From an uncultured virus (IMG/VR IMGVR_UViG_3300035637_000045) (Duplodnaviria > Heunggongvirae > Uroviricota > Caudoviricetes), in the IMG/VR virus record IMGVR_UViG_3300035637_000045: DNA of 20,000 nt. The stretch is one strand, 5' to 3'. The position numbers and the translations under genes were made by a program. How positions within the stretch are numbered: the first letter of the stretch is position 1; each line of letters opens with the position of its first letter. Under the pieces are notes generated by a model, which was not told where the DNA came from, ran no database searches, and worked only from the letters and a program-made list of their open reading frames with translations. Positions 8,501 through 15,713 of the stretch are shown piece after piece.

Positions 8501-10772
8501 CGTCGGAGTAGTAGGGGCGCGAGTTGAACCCGAAGTCGCTGACGATGCGCGTGCCCGCCGCGTTCGAGGCGAAGTAAGGCGCGGACGGGCCATAGATCGC
8601 CTGCCCGGTGTCCACCCATCGCTGGCCCTCGTCGTCCGAGTAGAAGAGCCGGTAGGTCGATGCCCCGACGGGGTGGGAGGCCAGCCAGCGCCCGGACGCG
8701 AGCACGTAGTGGGGCGTGCCCACGCCTGGGTCGGTGCGGTCGAAGTACAGCCCTGCCCCCTTGACCGACGACCGCGTGCGCAGCGTGCCGATCCACTGGG
8801 TAGGCCCGTCGATCAGGGTCGCCGTCGCCGTGGAGGCCACCAGCAGCGGGCCGTCCGTGTAGAGCTTGGTGCCCTTGGCCGTCGTGAGGTCCGCGCTCGC
8901 CGACGCGGCGCTCAGCATCGGGTTCGCCAGGAAGATGGGCGAGTAGGCCCCAGCGCCACCGAGGGCTCCGGTCGCCGTCGAGCGCACGTACAGGTCGCCC
9001 AGCATGGGCGGCGTGGCGAACGACAGGGTCTCGAAGGTCAGGCGGGCGTAGCTGGTGCCGGTCAGGGCCATCAGCCCGTTGGTGACCGGCAGCATCGTCG
9101 CGTCGCCGTTGTAGCGGGCGGCCCACGAGGCGCCGCCGTCGCGGCTGACGTGGTAGGTGGCTCCCGCAGTCACGGCAATGAGGTACTGCGTGCCCACGGC
9201 GCGCAGCGACACCGTGCCCGAGGGCGCGTAGCCTGCCAGGGTCCAGGTCGTGCCGTTGGTCGTGGTGAGCACGGCCCCGTTGTTCGTCGCCACGGCGTAG
9301 GCCGCGCCGTTGAGCGTGACTGGCGCGCTCAGGGAGGTGATGCCGAGCCCGGTGGGCAGGGTGGCGAGGGTCCAGGCCGTGTCACCCACGCGCCAGCCGA
9401 CGATCTGGGCGTTCAGGGCCACCAGATAGTAGAGGCCGAGCTTGGCCGTGCCCCGGGCGGTCGTGAAGCCGATGCCCAGCGAGTCGGTGGTCGGCGAGTC
9501 GGTCCAGGTGATGCCGTCCGAGCTGCGCTGCAGGTACACCGCCGACGCCGTGCGCAGCGACAGGAACTCCCCCGCCGTGTTCACCAGGGCGCCCAGCGCG
9601 TAGCCGTTGCCTGTGGGGTTGGTGTACGCCGGGGTGGCCGTGTAGGGCGAGGCGAGGCGGTAGCGCGTGCTGCTCGACTCGTACACCAGATTGCCGGAGC
9701 CGTCGGCGGCAGCCCGCAGGATTTCGTCGGGGCCGTAGGAGAAAGCCGTGTCCGCAAACGACACTCCGCCGTCGGTGGACACGGCGAGAATATCCTGAAC
9801 GCCAGCCGGCGCGGGCCGGAACCCAAACACCAGTTCCTGGCCGTCGCTGCCCTTCGGGGTGAATGGCAGGCTGGCGTTCGCTACCGTGGAGGTGACCTTG
9901 AGGGCCGCGAACGTGGTCAGGCCTGCCGTCAGCACGGACGACTGGGCAGACACGAACCCGAACAGGCCGTCCGAATCGGTCAGGGTGCCGAGCGTGGCGG
10001 ACTCCGCCGCAGCGCTGCCGCTGATGGGGGTGCTGCGGTCGGTCAGCGTGCCCGTGCCGGACGCGGAGCTGGCGAGCGAGCCGCTGATGGCCTGCGTCGT
10101 GGGTGCGCCGCCGAAGGCGATGTTGCGCGAGAACTCGATGTACGAAGCGTGGTCCGACACCACTGCGTTTTCGGTCGTGTTGACCGTCGTACCGTCGAAG
10201 TAGAAGCTCACCGAGTAGGCAGTCCCCATCCCCTGCGTGAACTGGGCGCCGATCTGCACGACCAGCACGTCGCCAGCCTGGGCATCCACCACGTCGGTGT
10301 CCGCGCCATCGACAGGACGCATCGTGCGCGACACATACGAGACTTGCTCGGAAGACGCCGAGGTCGGCTCCAGCACGCTAGTGAGGGCGTCGTTGAAGTG
10401 CAGTCGCCCGATGATCGCGCCCGTCGATGGGCGGAACACAAACACTGCTGCGCCGTTGACGCAGTGGTTGACGTTGAGGTTCGTTTCCGAGTCGGCCACA
10501 CTCAGCGACATCGTGCCGGTGTTCGAGTAGGTGAACTGCTCGGCGTAGGACAGAGGTTCCGACACGAAGGTGGCCCAGACGCATCCCTGCTGCGCTGTGG
10601 TCGGCGAAGTGCCGAGCGTGACCTGCTTCTGCGCGGAGCCCGCAGTACCGAGCATCTGGCGCGGCGTGAGCGAGCCAGGGGCCTCCGCCAGCGCGGGGCC
10701 GATACTCAGGGTCTTGGGCGGGTTGTTCGCGCCTGTCCAGGCGAGGTCACGAAAATAGAGGCGGGTCGCCAT
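5571..10772 (-). CDS. Large tail fibre / receptor-binding protein with Asp-box (BNR) repeats and ~20-aa repeats, 1733 aa
   Basis: About 13 S/T-x-D/N-G-x-x-(x)-W/F Asp boxes (e.g. YSDDGGKTW, VSRDGGASW, HSLDAGVTW, YSTDGTTW) in three clusters, separated by A/S/T-rich repeats. Confidence 0.8.
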   Translation of the reverse strand: MATRLYFRDLAWTGANNPPKTLSIGPALAEAPGSLTPRQMLGTAGSAQKQVTLGTSPTTAQQGCVWATFVSEPLSYAEQFTYSNTGTMSLSVADSETNLNVNHCVNGAAVFVFRPSTGAIIGRLHFNDALTSVLEPTSASSEQVSYVSRTMRPVDGADTDVVDAQAGDVLVVQIGAQFTQGMGTAYSVSFYFDGTTVNTTENAVVSDHASYIEFSRNIAFGGAPTTQAISGSLASSASGTGTLTDRSTPISGSAAAESATLGTLTDSDGLFGFVSAQSSVLTAGLTTFAALKVTSTVANASLPFTPKGSDGQELVFGFRPAPAGVQDILAVSTDGGVSFADTAFSYGPDEILRAAADGSGNLVYESSSTRYRLASPYTATPAYTNPTGNGYALGALVNTAGEFLSLRTASAVYLQRSSDGITWTDSPTTDSLGIGFTTARGTAKLGLYYLVALNAQIVGWRVGDTAWTLATLPTGLGITSLSAPVTLNGAAYAVATNNGAVLTTTNGTTWTLAGYAPSGTVSLRAVGTQYLIAVTAGATYHVSRDGGASWAARYNGDATMLPVTNGLMALTGTSYARLTFETLSFATPPMLGDLYVRSTATGALGGAGAYSPIFLANPMLSAASASADLTTAKGTKLYTDGPLLVASTATATLIDGPTQWIGTLRTRSSVKGAGLYFDRTDPGVGTPHYVLASGRWLASHPVGASTYRLFYSDDEGQRWVDTGQAIYGPSAPYFASNAAGTRIVSDFGFNSRPYYSDDGGKTWTLGSGANGLPTSRIVFGNGKFVRLVDTSANLSAQNEGRAQYSTDGQSWSLGPTFTDGVVPSLRSGMSVDAGDRLWYDATLGKFVALGTVSYISYPSKVATLNSVDGITWTVRTDVTSPPLAYAVGDNLAAMVAGVLTIGTYHSLDAGVTWTASNAPLGAGGSSAKLASVPGAAIMVMGTQATKAYSTTNGIDWDSHPIAGASAFYGPTYSIADAQDFAETGIRINTDGDPILATTRPVLTATGKQSARLLGAAPTISTTSSAYLGNRVSHALDGSASAASAATATTLIDTDPYLVTLRSEATLSTPALLTQIKLSGTLRVRSKTLGGGVTEAPAFYEPGNTVFAPSTGLVMSPSKRRDPILGAWTDIAMPDAQTPTLLASDGASRVCAFLSVGPKTAVTTDGLAWTVGTTIPAPAGGWASIDSLKMAGANGRFVLCARSGSTWYAWYSTDGTTWSAAQALPSSTATMFLFGTPDGFLVLFVSDTTGWVLHSTDGSAWTYWGGLPTTSTTGPHSYSGGVLAMTIAGGAATNFVNALRLIRGGGVESVQFSAKDANVPASYWFGDAYSSAPTFYSARTSGFDVLTDPVAPGLAHTYEIDHWVKPAALALTGDFSVFDGSLFGKAARNADSAVVGIYADTGPRLYSSAVNMAATAQGQASATARFVNLHALAGSTVSAATASGALTVRQPIAGTASAQASASAFLQVPQKFDAAAAGQATASASLTTAIRMVAAAVSASTSTAAATTGIRLAASVSATSTGQALSLQVPKPLVGTGQGAATANGALTVPIFLTGAAQARASASGSIATTVLLAAALTASASAGADLTVGSNFRGSGVAEASLVAGLGTEILLTSSVTSAAAATAALLTQISLESALTVESISEAGLDTSIDLRALIQATVQAFGVIRRSVPTGARANPLFSALRTEDLLVRQQATPAIRSDEATVLRFRDSATQARHTTLRPAMTATDDQEEL
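5775..6552 (-). repeat. About 13 tandem ~20-aa protein-level repeats in the fibre C-terminus
   Basis: LHALAGSTVSAATASGALTV / RQPIAGTASAQASASAFLQV / PQKFDAAAAGQATASASLTT / PKPLVGTGQGAATANGALTV / TVLLAAALTASASAGADLTV and others. Diverged at the DNA level; boundaries approximate. Confidence 0.85.
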
Positions 10773-11020
10773 CAGGCACCGCCTTTCGCCGGCTCCAACT
10801 CAACATACGTGAAAGGGCAGCAGCCCCGGAACTCAGGGGTCACAGGGCAGTCCAGCTCAGGAGCCGGGCCGACGGCGCCCTCCCAGCAGTCGCCGCGCCG
10901 GTCACACACGCCGTGCACCTCCCAGCGCCGCCCGTCCGTGGTGCGGACGTAGCGGACGTACCCCTCGCGCTGTTCTTCAATCAGGACGAAGGGGTCGCAG
11001 GTAGGCGACAGGGCGGACAC
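10772..11020 (-). CDS. Small Cys-rich hypothetical protein, 82 aa
   Basis: Fills the gap between flanking genes. Its TGA overlaps the fibre ATG (TGATG). Six Cys: TC, GVCDRRGDC, LDC, GCC. GTG start with a weak SD. Confidence 0.65.
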   Translation of the reverse strand: MSALSPTCDPFVLIEEQREGYVRYVRTTDGRRWEVHGVCDRRGDCWEGAVGPAPELDCPVTPEFRGCCPFTYVELEPAKGGA

Positions 11021-11031
11021 GGCGCCGGAGA

Positions 11032-11472
11032 TTAGTTGTCGATCTGCAGCGACAGGGCACCAGCGGCGAACTGGGGCGCGGCGTCACCGCTGTTCACGGT
11101 CTTGCTGGTGTTCAGCGAGCCATAGAACAGGACGTTGCCCGCTGTGGATGCGTCCATCAGCGCGAAGTGCGTGATCGTCCCCCAGTTGGCCGTGGGTGCC
11201 GGGAAGGTCACCGCGCCGTTGTTGCTGGTGGTGCCGGTGTTGCCGCTGGAGGCCGTGGTCGAGCCTGCCGCCTGCGTGCCCGCCCAGTTTGCCAGCGAGC
11301 TGGCCACGGCCACGCGGGCGTACGAGCCGCCCGTCACTTCGGTGCCGCCGGTCGATTCCGTGGGCGCAGCGGTGTGCAGCGCGACGTGGATGGTGGCAGG
11401 CATCGTGAATGCTTGCCCGCGGAACATCGCGTCAATGATTTTGTTTTCGAGGTAGTCAGACATCGCGGCCAT
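11032..11472 (-). CDS. Small virion fibre subunit, 146 aa
   Basis: MSDYLENKIIDAMFRG...IHVALHTAAP...GGTEVTGGSYARVAV...FPAPTANWGTITHFALMDA is a widespread phage tail/fibre structural family. AAGGAG SD. Confidence 0.75.
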   Translation of the reverse strand: MAAMSDYLENKIIDAMFRGQAFTMPATIHVALHTAAPTESTGGTEVTGGSYARVAVASSLANWAGTQAAGSTTASSGNTGTTSNNGAVTFPAPTANWGTITHFALMDASTAGNVLFYGSLNTSKTVNSGDAAPQFAAGALSLQIDN

Positions 11473-11483
11473 GGCGCGCTCCT

Positions 11484-12095
11484 TCAGGTGGTGATTTCTT
11501 TGGTCACCGACACAGGGCCGGTGAAGAGGCAGGTCACGTCCCCGGAGGGCGCGACCACTTCGAGGTCATAGACCGCGTCGGCCCAGGCGACGAGGGCCGT
11601 TTCGTCGTCGCTGATGAACAGCTCGATGAGCTTCTCGGCGTCGTCGACGGTGATGCCGCCGTTCTCGGTCGTGAGGGTCAGCAGTACGGTGCCGCCCACG
11701 CGATCCTTGATCGCCATGCGGGCCGTGTAGCCGGTGAGGTCGTGCGGGGCGTACCACTTGAGGTAGCCGCTGCTGCTGTAGGGGCGGAACGAGGCCGAGC
11801 TGATCTCGTTCAGCTCGATGGCCGACGGACCGACGACCACAGCCTCGTGGAAGTCTCTGCCCTTTGGCGGGTTGTTCTTCGCGTTCAGTTCGGTCATGCC
11901 CTTGGCATCGACCACGGCCACGCGCCAGCCGTCAGGGATGCCGTGCGGCGCCTGGGTGGTGATCTGTACGATGCCTGCCTGGGTCATCGCCTGGATCGCG
12001 GCAGTCATGAAGCGCTGGGACTCCCAGCGGGCGATCTTGCGGAAGGTCCGGCCCTGCTGGATGACCAGCGGCGCGATGGTAGGTTGACCGCTCAT
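11484..12095 (-). CDS. Putative fibre-tail adaptor (BppU/LtfC-like beta-sandwich with an inserted domain), ~203 aa
   Basis: IQQGRTF...DLTGYTARMAIK...AVYDLEV...LFTGPVSV pattern, with an ~90-aa insert (ITTQAPHGIPDGWRVAVVDAKGMTELN). ATG 12095 overlaps the upstream TGA; alternative GTG at 12098. Confidence 0.65.
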   Translation of the reverse strand: MSGQPTIAPLVIQQGRTFRKIARWESQRFMTAAIQAMTQAGIVQITTQAPHGIPDGWRVAVVDAKGMTELNAKNNPPKGRDFHEAVVVGPSAIELNEISSASFRPYSSSGYLKWYAPHDLTGYTARMAIKDRVGGTVLLTLTTENGGITVDDAEKLIELFISDDETALVAWADAVYDLEVVAPSGDVTCLFTGPVSVTKEITT

Positions 12096-12733
12096 CACAG
12101 ACCCCCGTACTGAACAGACCCGACCTGGCGGCGCGCACGAACCTGCTCGGCGCGGGCGCGGGCGCAGTAGTCGCGGAACTTCAGTTCGTAGTCTTCGGAT
12201 TTGCGACGGTCGAAGGTCTCGGCGTCATGCACGTCGTACGCCAGCCGCTTGGCCCAGTACAGCAGCGCCATGTGGTGCTGCTCGTCGATCTCGAAAGAGC
12301 CCCCCTCGCCCACCGGCTCTGGCAGGCGGAACACGTCCAGCGCGACCTCGGCTGCCTCGTTGGGCAGGGGCCAGGCGCGGAGCATGCCCTTCTCGATACC
12401 GGCCACCAGAGCCTTCAAAGGCCCGGGGCGACCGTCAAAACGAATACCGCCCTGCTCGGCGCGCTCCTGGTTGACGATGTCGACCGGGCGCCCCGTGCTG
12501 GTGAGGTAGGCCTTGCGCAGCTTCAGGATGCGCTTGCTGAGCGGGTACCACTCGACGCCGGGAACGATGCCGAGCTTGATCGACCGCCCGTCCTCGATGC
12601 CTTCTGTGAGGCGGCAGAACTCCACCTGCGCTGCGTTGATGTAGGCGTAGACCGTCTCATCCGCAAACAGGTACGGCTGCTCCTGGTCGCGCATCTCTAC
12701 GCGGAACAGGTCGAGGAGTTCTGTCGCGTCCAT
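12095..12733 (-). CDS. Head-tail adaptor / head completion protein, 212 aa
   Basis: Helical N-terminus (ELLDLFRVEMRD...VYAYINAAQVEFCR), beta-rich middle (LRAWPLP), helical C-terminus (HMALLYWAKRLAY), typical of podovirus adaptors. Confidence 0.7.
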   Translation of the reverse strand: MDATELLDLFRVEMRDQEQPYLFADETVYAYINAAQVEFCRLTEGIEDGRSIKLGIVPGVEWYPLSKRILKLRKAYLTSTGRPVDIVNQERAEQGGIRFDGRPGPLKALVAGIEKGMLRAWPLPNEAAEVALDVFRLPEPVGEGGSFEIDEQHHMALLYWAKRLAYDVHDAETFDRRKSEDYELKFRDYCARARAEQVRARRQVGSVQYGGL

Positions 12734-12738
12734 GGCGC

Positions 12739-13110
12739 TCAGTCGTCCTTGCCGACCTTGAACTCAGTCCACAGGATGTCGCGCTCTTTGGCGCCGAGCT
12801 TCCAGCCCAGGATCGACTCGAGAGCACCGCCGTGCGGGGCACCGCCGGCAGTGAAGTCTTCGCGGGAGTTGCGCAGGGCCAGCATCTCAAACGCGGCGAA
12901 GACGTCGTCCTTGCGCTTGTTCGGGTCTTGGGGCTCGTTGGTCTTGACGGCGCTGGGCGCGTCTTCGATCTCGTCGTCGGGCACGGCACCAATGGCCTGC
13001 ACCTCGGCGTACAGCTCGGGTGGGACGTGCGTGGGCACGCCCTTTTTGAACTCGACGGACAGGCCCAGCACGGAGGCGTGGACACGGTCGCGGTTGAGGG
13101 TGAACTTCAT
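12739..13110 (-). CDS. Hypothetical phage protein, 123 aa
   Basis: GGAG SD, codon bias matches neighbours, tightly packed in the operon. Confidence 0.75.
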   Translation of the reverse strand: MKFTLNRDRVHASVLGLSVEFKKGVPTHVPPELYAEVQAIGAVPDDEIEDAPSAVKTNEPQDPNKRKDDVFAAFEMLALRNSREDFTAGGAPHGGALESILGWKLGAKERDILWTEFKVGKDD

Positions 13111-13129
13111 AGCGATCTCCAGGTGATGG

Positions 13130-13157
13130 AAGAACGGGGCGCTAAGGCCCCGTCTTC
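13130..13157 (-). terminator. Hairpin after the capsid and decoration genes, likely a partial terminator
   Basis: mRNA: GAAG-ACGGGGC-CUUAGC-GCCCCGU-UCUUC. 7-bp GC-rich stem with a short pyrimidine tail. Confidence 0.55.
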
Positions 13158-13167
13158 ATGGTCCCGA

Positions 13168-13620
13168 TCAGTTCGGGTTGACTTCGGTGATACGGCCGTC
13201 GGTCGTGTAGTTCACGCGGAGGCGGAACTTGCCGGCCGAGGCGTTGGCCACCGTCGATGCGATGGTCACGCGCACGTTCTTGCCGTCCACAGCCGCCAGG
13301 CCCAAACCGGTCAGGGCGACCCGGGTACCGGCTGCGGACAGCAAGGTCGTTGCTGCCAGGAGGGCGGCGGCGGAGGCCGAGGTGCCGACAGCGGCGGTGT
13401 AGGCCGTAGGGCCGACGCCCGCCTCTTCGACGATCAGTTCGCCACCGACCACCACCGCGCCCTGGGGCAGGTTGATAACCTCGAAGACACCGGCATCGGT
13501 GTAGACGGAGCCGAAGGTCTTGAGGGCCCCGGCGGTGTCTTTCATGGTGTCGTTGAAGCTGAATACGAACTCAGCCGACATGACGGGCTGTGCGCCGCGG
13601 GTTGCTTGTTTCAGAGCCAT
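13168..13620 (-). CDS. Putative capsid decoration/cement protein, 150 aa
   Basis: Follows the major capsid gene with a strong SD (TAAGGAGG). Beta-sandwich-like pattern (LPQGAVVVGG...AGKFRLRVNY). Confidence 0.65.
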   Translation of the reverse strand: MALKQATRGAQPVMSAEFVFSFNDTMKDTAGALKTFGSVYTDAGVFEVINLPQGAVVVGGELIVEEAGVGPTAYTAAVGTSASAAALLAATTLLSAAGTRVALTGLGLAAVDGKNVRVTIASTVANASAGKFRLRVNYTTDGRITEVNPN

Positions 13621-13633
13621 GGTGATGCCCTCC

Positions 13634-14752
13634 TTACTGAGCCACGTAGCACGAGATCACGCCGAAGTCTTCGACGGAGCCGTTCTCGTAGATGTTGCCG
13701 AACTTGGGCTTCAGGAAGCCGAGGATCTTGCCCACCGAGATACCTTGCGAGTTCTCGTAGTCAAAGCCCTTTTCGTTCCACTCGGGTGCGCCGATGTCGG
13801 CCATGGCCAGCGCCTGGGCGCCGCAGAACAGCACCTGGCAACCGTCGACCGTGCCCACCGCGCCGTACTTCGAGCCAGATGCGGCGCCGGTGGTGTTGGG
13901 CACATGGCGGAACTCGTGCAGGTAGATGCCGTCGATCTTCACGGTCGCGCCGGTGAAGAGCGGGTTGGCCTTGTCACGCTCTTGCGCGTGGCGCAGATTG
14001 AGCATGTAGTTTTGGTCCATCTTCAGCTTGGCCATGGCCTGGGGCGTCAGGAAGGCGTGGAAGGTTTCCTCGCCGCCGTCTTCCTTCACGCCACGGATGT
14101 AGCGGTCCTTGGCGTAGGCCTTGAGCTGCACGAACATTTCCCACATCGGGGTGTCGGTGGCGGCCACACCGGAGCTGGCGGCGCCGGCCACCAGGGTCTT
14201 GGTGGCCGAGGTGCCGTCCCAGCGCAGGCGGCGGGCAGCGGTCGGGGCGGCCACGTCAGCAGCGAACTCCAGGAACTGGAGGTCGGAGCCGGTGCGGTTC
14301 GCGCCGTTGGGCTTCTTGGCGTAGCTGATGCCGGCCATGGTCTGGAATGCCAGCTGGTCCATGCGGTCGGCGAGCCAGTAGCTCAGCAGGTCGCGGCTGT
14401 TGCCACGGAACTCGATGATGGACTTCTGGTCGGCCATGCGGCCTTCGTGGCGGTTGGCTTGACGCAGCTGGTCGATGCGGATGACCTGGTCAAAGGTCTG
14501 CATCGCTTCTTCGTTGCCTTCCAGCGTGCGGTCACCGGCAATGCCGTCGCCGGTCAGGTCGGCCAGCAGCGTGATGACTGCGCGGGCGCCCTTCTCGGAC
14601 TTCTTCAGCTCGGTGATGTGCTGAATCAGGCTGTTGGGGCCCTTGCCCAGGAAGCGGTTGATGAAGGAGTGGTTGCGGGACTGTTTCCACAAGTCCATAG
14701 ACCAGACGGTCTTCTGCTCGGACGTCAGGAGTCCGAAATTGGTGAGTGCCAT
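13634..14752 (-). CDS. Major capsid protein, N4-gp56/DUF4043-like family, 372 aa
   Basis: Motifs ELKKSEKG, GDRTLEGNEE, IDQLRQA, NPLFTGA...IDGIYLHE, LFCGAQAL, DFGVI. Position after portal and scaffold. Confidence 0.9.
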   Translation of the reverse strand: MALTNFGLLTSEQKTVWSMDLWKQSRNHSFINRFLGKGPNSLIQHITELKKSEKGARAVITLLADLTGDGIAGDRTLEGNEEAMQTFDQVIRIDQLRQANRHEGRMADQKSIIEFRGNSRDLLSYWLADRMDQLAFQTMAGISYAKKPNGANRTGSDLQFLEFAADVAAPTAARRLRWDGTSATKTLVAGAASSGVAATDTPMWEMFVQLKAYAKDRYIRGVKEDGGEETFHAFLTPQAMAKLKMDQNYMLNLRHAQERDKANPLFTGATVKIDGIYLHEFRHVPNTTGAASGSKYGAVGTVDGCQVLFCGAQALAMADIGAPEWNEKGFDYENSQGISVGKILGFLKPKFGNIYENGSVEDFGVISCYVAQ

Positions 14753-14879
14753 GGTGGCGCCCTTTCGTTGGTAGACAAAAACGATCGGCCTGGAGGGCCT
14801 GCCTTTTGCCGATGTGTCGTCTCGACCAACGAGGGTGGAAAGATGCTGTCGGGATCTTTGCCTTTAACCGATGGAGCAC

Positions 14880-14907
14880 ATTCTAATCTATAAAAGATAA
14901 ACGACAA
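14880..14907 (-). promoter_or_regulatory. Candidate sigma70-type promoter for the capsid operon
   Basis: Minus strand TTGTCG-N16-TAGAAT in a strongly AT-rich patch, ~125 nt upstream of the capsid ATG. Confidence 0.45.
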
Positions 14908-14926
14908 GCGGCGCCGAAGCGCCGCT
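14907..14926 (-). terminator. Intrinsic terminator-like hairpin closing the three-gene insert
   Basis: mRNA AGCGGCGC-UUCG-GCGCCGCU (cUUCGg tetraloop, 8-bp stem) followed by UGUCGUUUAUCUUUU. T-rich on the other side too. Confidence 0.7.
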
Positions 14927-14945
14927 GTGGTTTATTTGCGTGGGG

Positions 14946-15281
14946 TCAGCTGGCGGCCAGCTTGCTGCGCAGCTCGTAGCCCATGAGGGGCCACAGCTCG
15001 TTCTTGGTGTTGCTGATGGCAACCGCTACGCCGATCTCTGCGTCGTCGTTCTCTGGGGAAACGCTGACCGAGGGGCGCCCAACGACGGCGAAGCCGTTGC
15101 GAGTCGTGATGACTGCCCAGCGCAGCACCTGGCCGTTGACACTGACGTGCTTCACGATCTCGGTGTCAATGATGTTTGCCGACATGTCTTCTGGGGTCAC
15201 CCGTGGGGCAGTCTTTCCCTTGGCCTGGATCAGGCGCTCGATGCCTGCGTCGGACGTGTCGGGTGATGGGATGTGGTTCAT
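14946..15281 (-). CDS. Phage gp49/gp66-family protein, putative Acb4-like anti-CBASS nucleotide sponge, 111 aa
   Basis: ATG 15281 overlaps the upstream TGA. Motifs APRVTP, NGFAVVG...SVSPENDDAEIG...A...LWPLMGYEL match my recollection of the N4 gp49/Sf6 gp66 family (PF13876). Confidence 0.75.
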   Translation of the reverse strand: MNHIPSPDTSDAGIERLIQAKGKTAPRVTPEDMSANIIDTEIVKHVSVNGQVLRWAVITTRNGFAVVGRPSVSVSPENDDAEIGVAVAISNTKNELWPLMGYELRSKLAAS

Positions 15282-15703
15282 GCGACACTCCAATCGTCGG
15301 CCAACACGTCGTTCACGCTGGGCACCCAGGTACTGACCGTACCATCCACGTTTTTGATCGCCATATAGGCGTTGTAGGGCACCATCGCGCCTGCGCCGAA
15401 GTGCGCCTTGGCCGCGCCAGTCTGCACTGGGTAGCTGGCCGGTGGGACCAAGTACACGAACATGCCCTTGCCGTTCCAGCCGGCGCGCGAGGCGCGCATG
15501 CCCAGCTTCATGTAATGCAGAGCATCGCCGAAGGTCAGTGCCTGCGGCAGCCCCGGTTCGCTGGTGCGGTACGCGCCCTCAAAAGCCTCTTTCGGGCTCC
15601 AACTGATATAGCCGTCGGCGTACTTAACGCCATAACCGGGCGCGCCGTCTTTCTCGGCGGGCCATGCGGTTACTTCTTTTGTACCGATGTAGCGGTGGGT
15701 CAC
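15278..15703 (-). CDS. Two-domain protein: uncharacterised N-terminal domain plus DUF2829 (Tad2-like anti-Thoeris sponge), 141 aa
   Basis: Start re-set to GTG 15703 after SD GAAAGGA. C-domain LTFGDAL..MKLG.RASRAGWNGKGMFV...WVPSVNDVLADDW has the DUF2829 signature. N-domain is YIGTKEVTAWP...GYGVKYADGYISWSPKEAFEGAY. Confidence 0.85.
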   Translation of the reverse strand: MTHRYIGTKEVTAWPAEKDGAPGYGVKYADGYISWSPKEAFEGAYRTSEPGLPQALTFGDALHYMKLGMRASRAGWNGKGMFVYLVPPASYPVQTGAAKAHFGAGAMVPYNAYMAIKNVDGTVSTWVPSVNDVLADDWSVA

Positions 15704-15713
15704 GGGGTTCCTT

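Noticed and set aside
6570..9890. Calling the fibre an active sialidase or depolymerase
   Set aside because: Asp boxes are structural motifs. No RIP motif or arginine triad was recognised, so catalysis is unsupported.
5508..10952. 1814-aa plus-strand ORF
   Set aside because: Antisense shadow of the fibre gene. R/G/A-rich, no motifs, and expected from high-GC codon bias.
14749..14759. Kozak-like GCCACCATG(G) at the capsid start, also at the portal start
   Set aside because: The context is bacterial phage, with SD sequences and overlapping stop/start codons. No evidence of eukaryotic translation. Kept only as part of the shared-leader observation.
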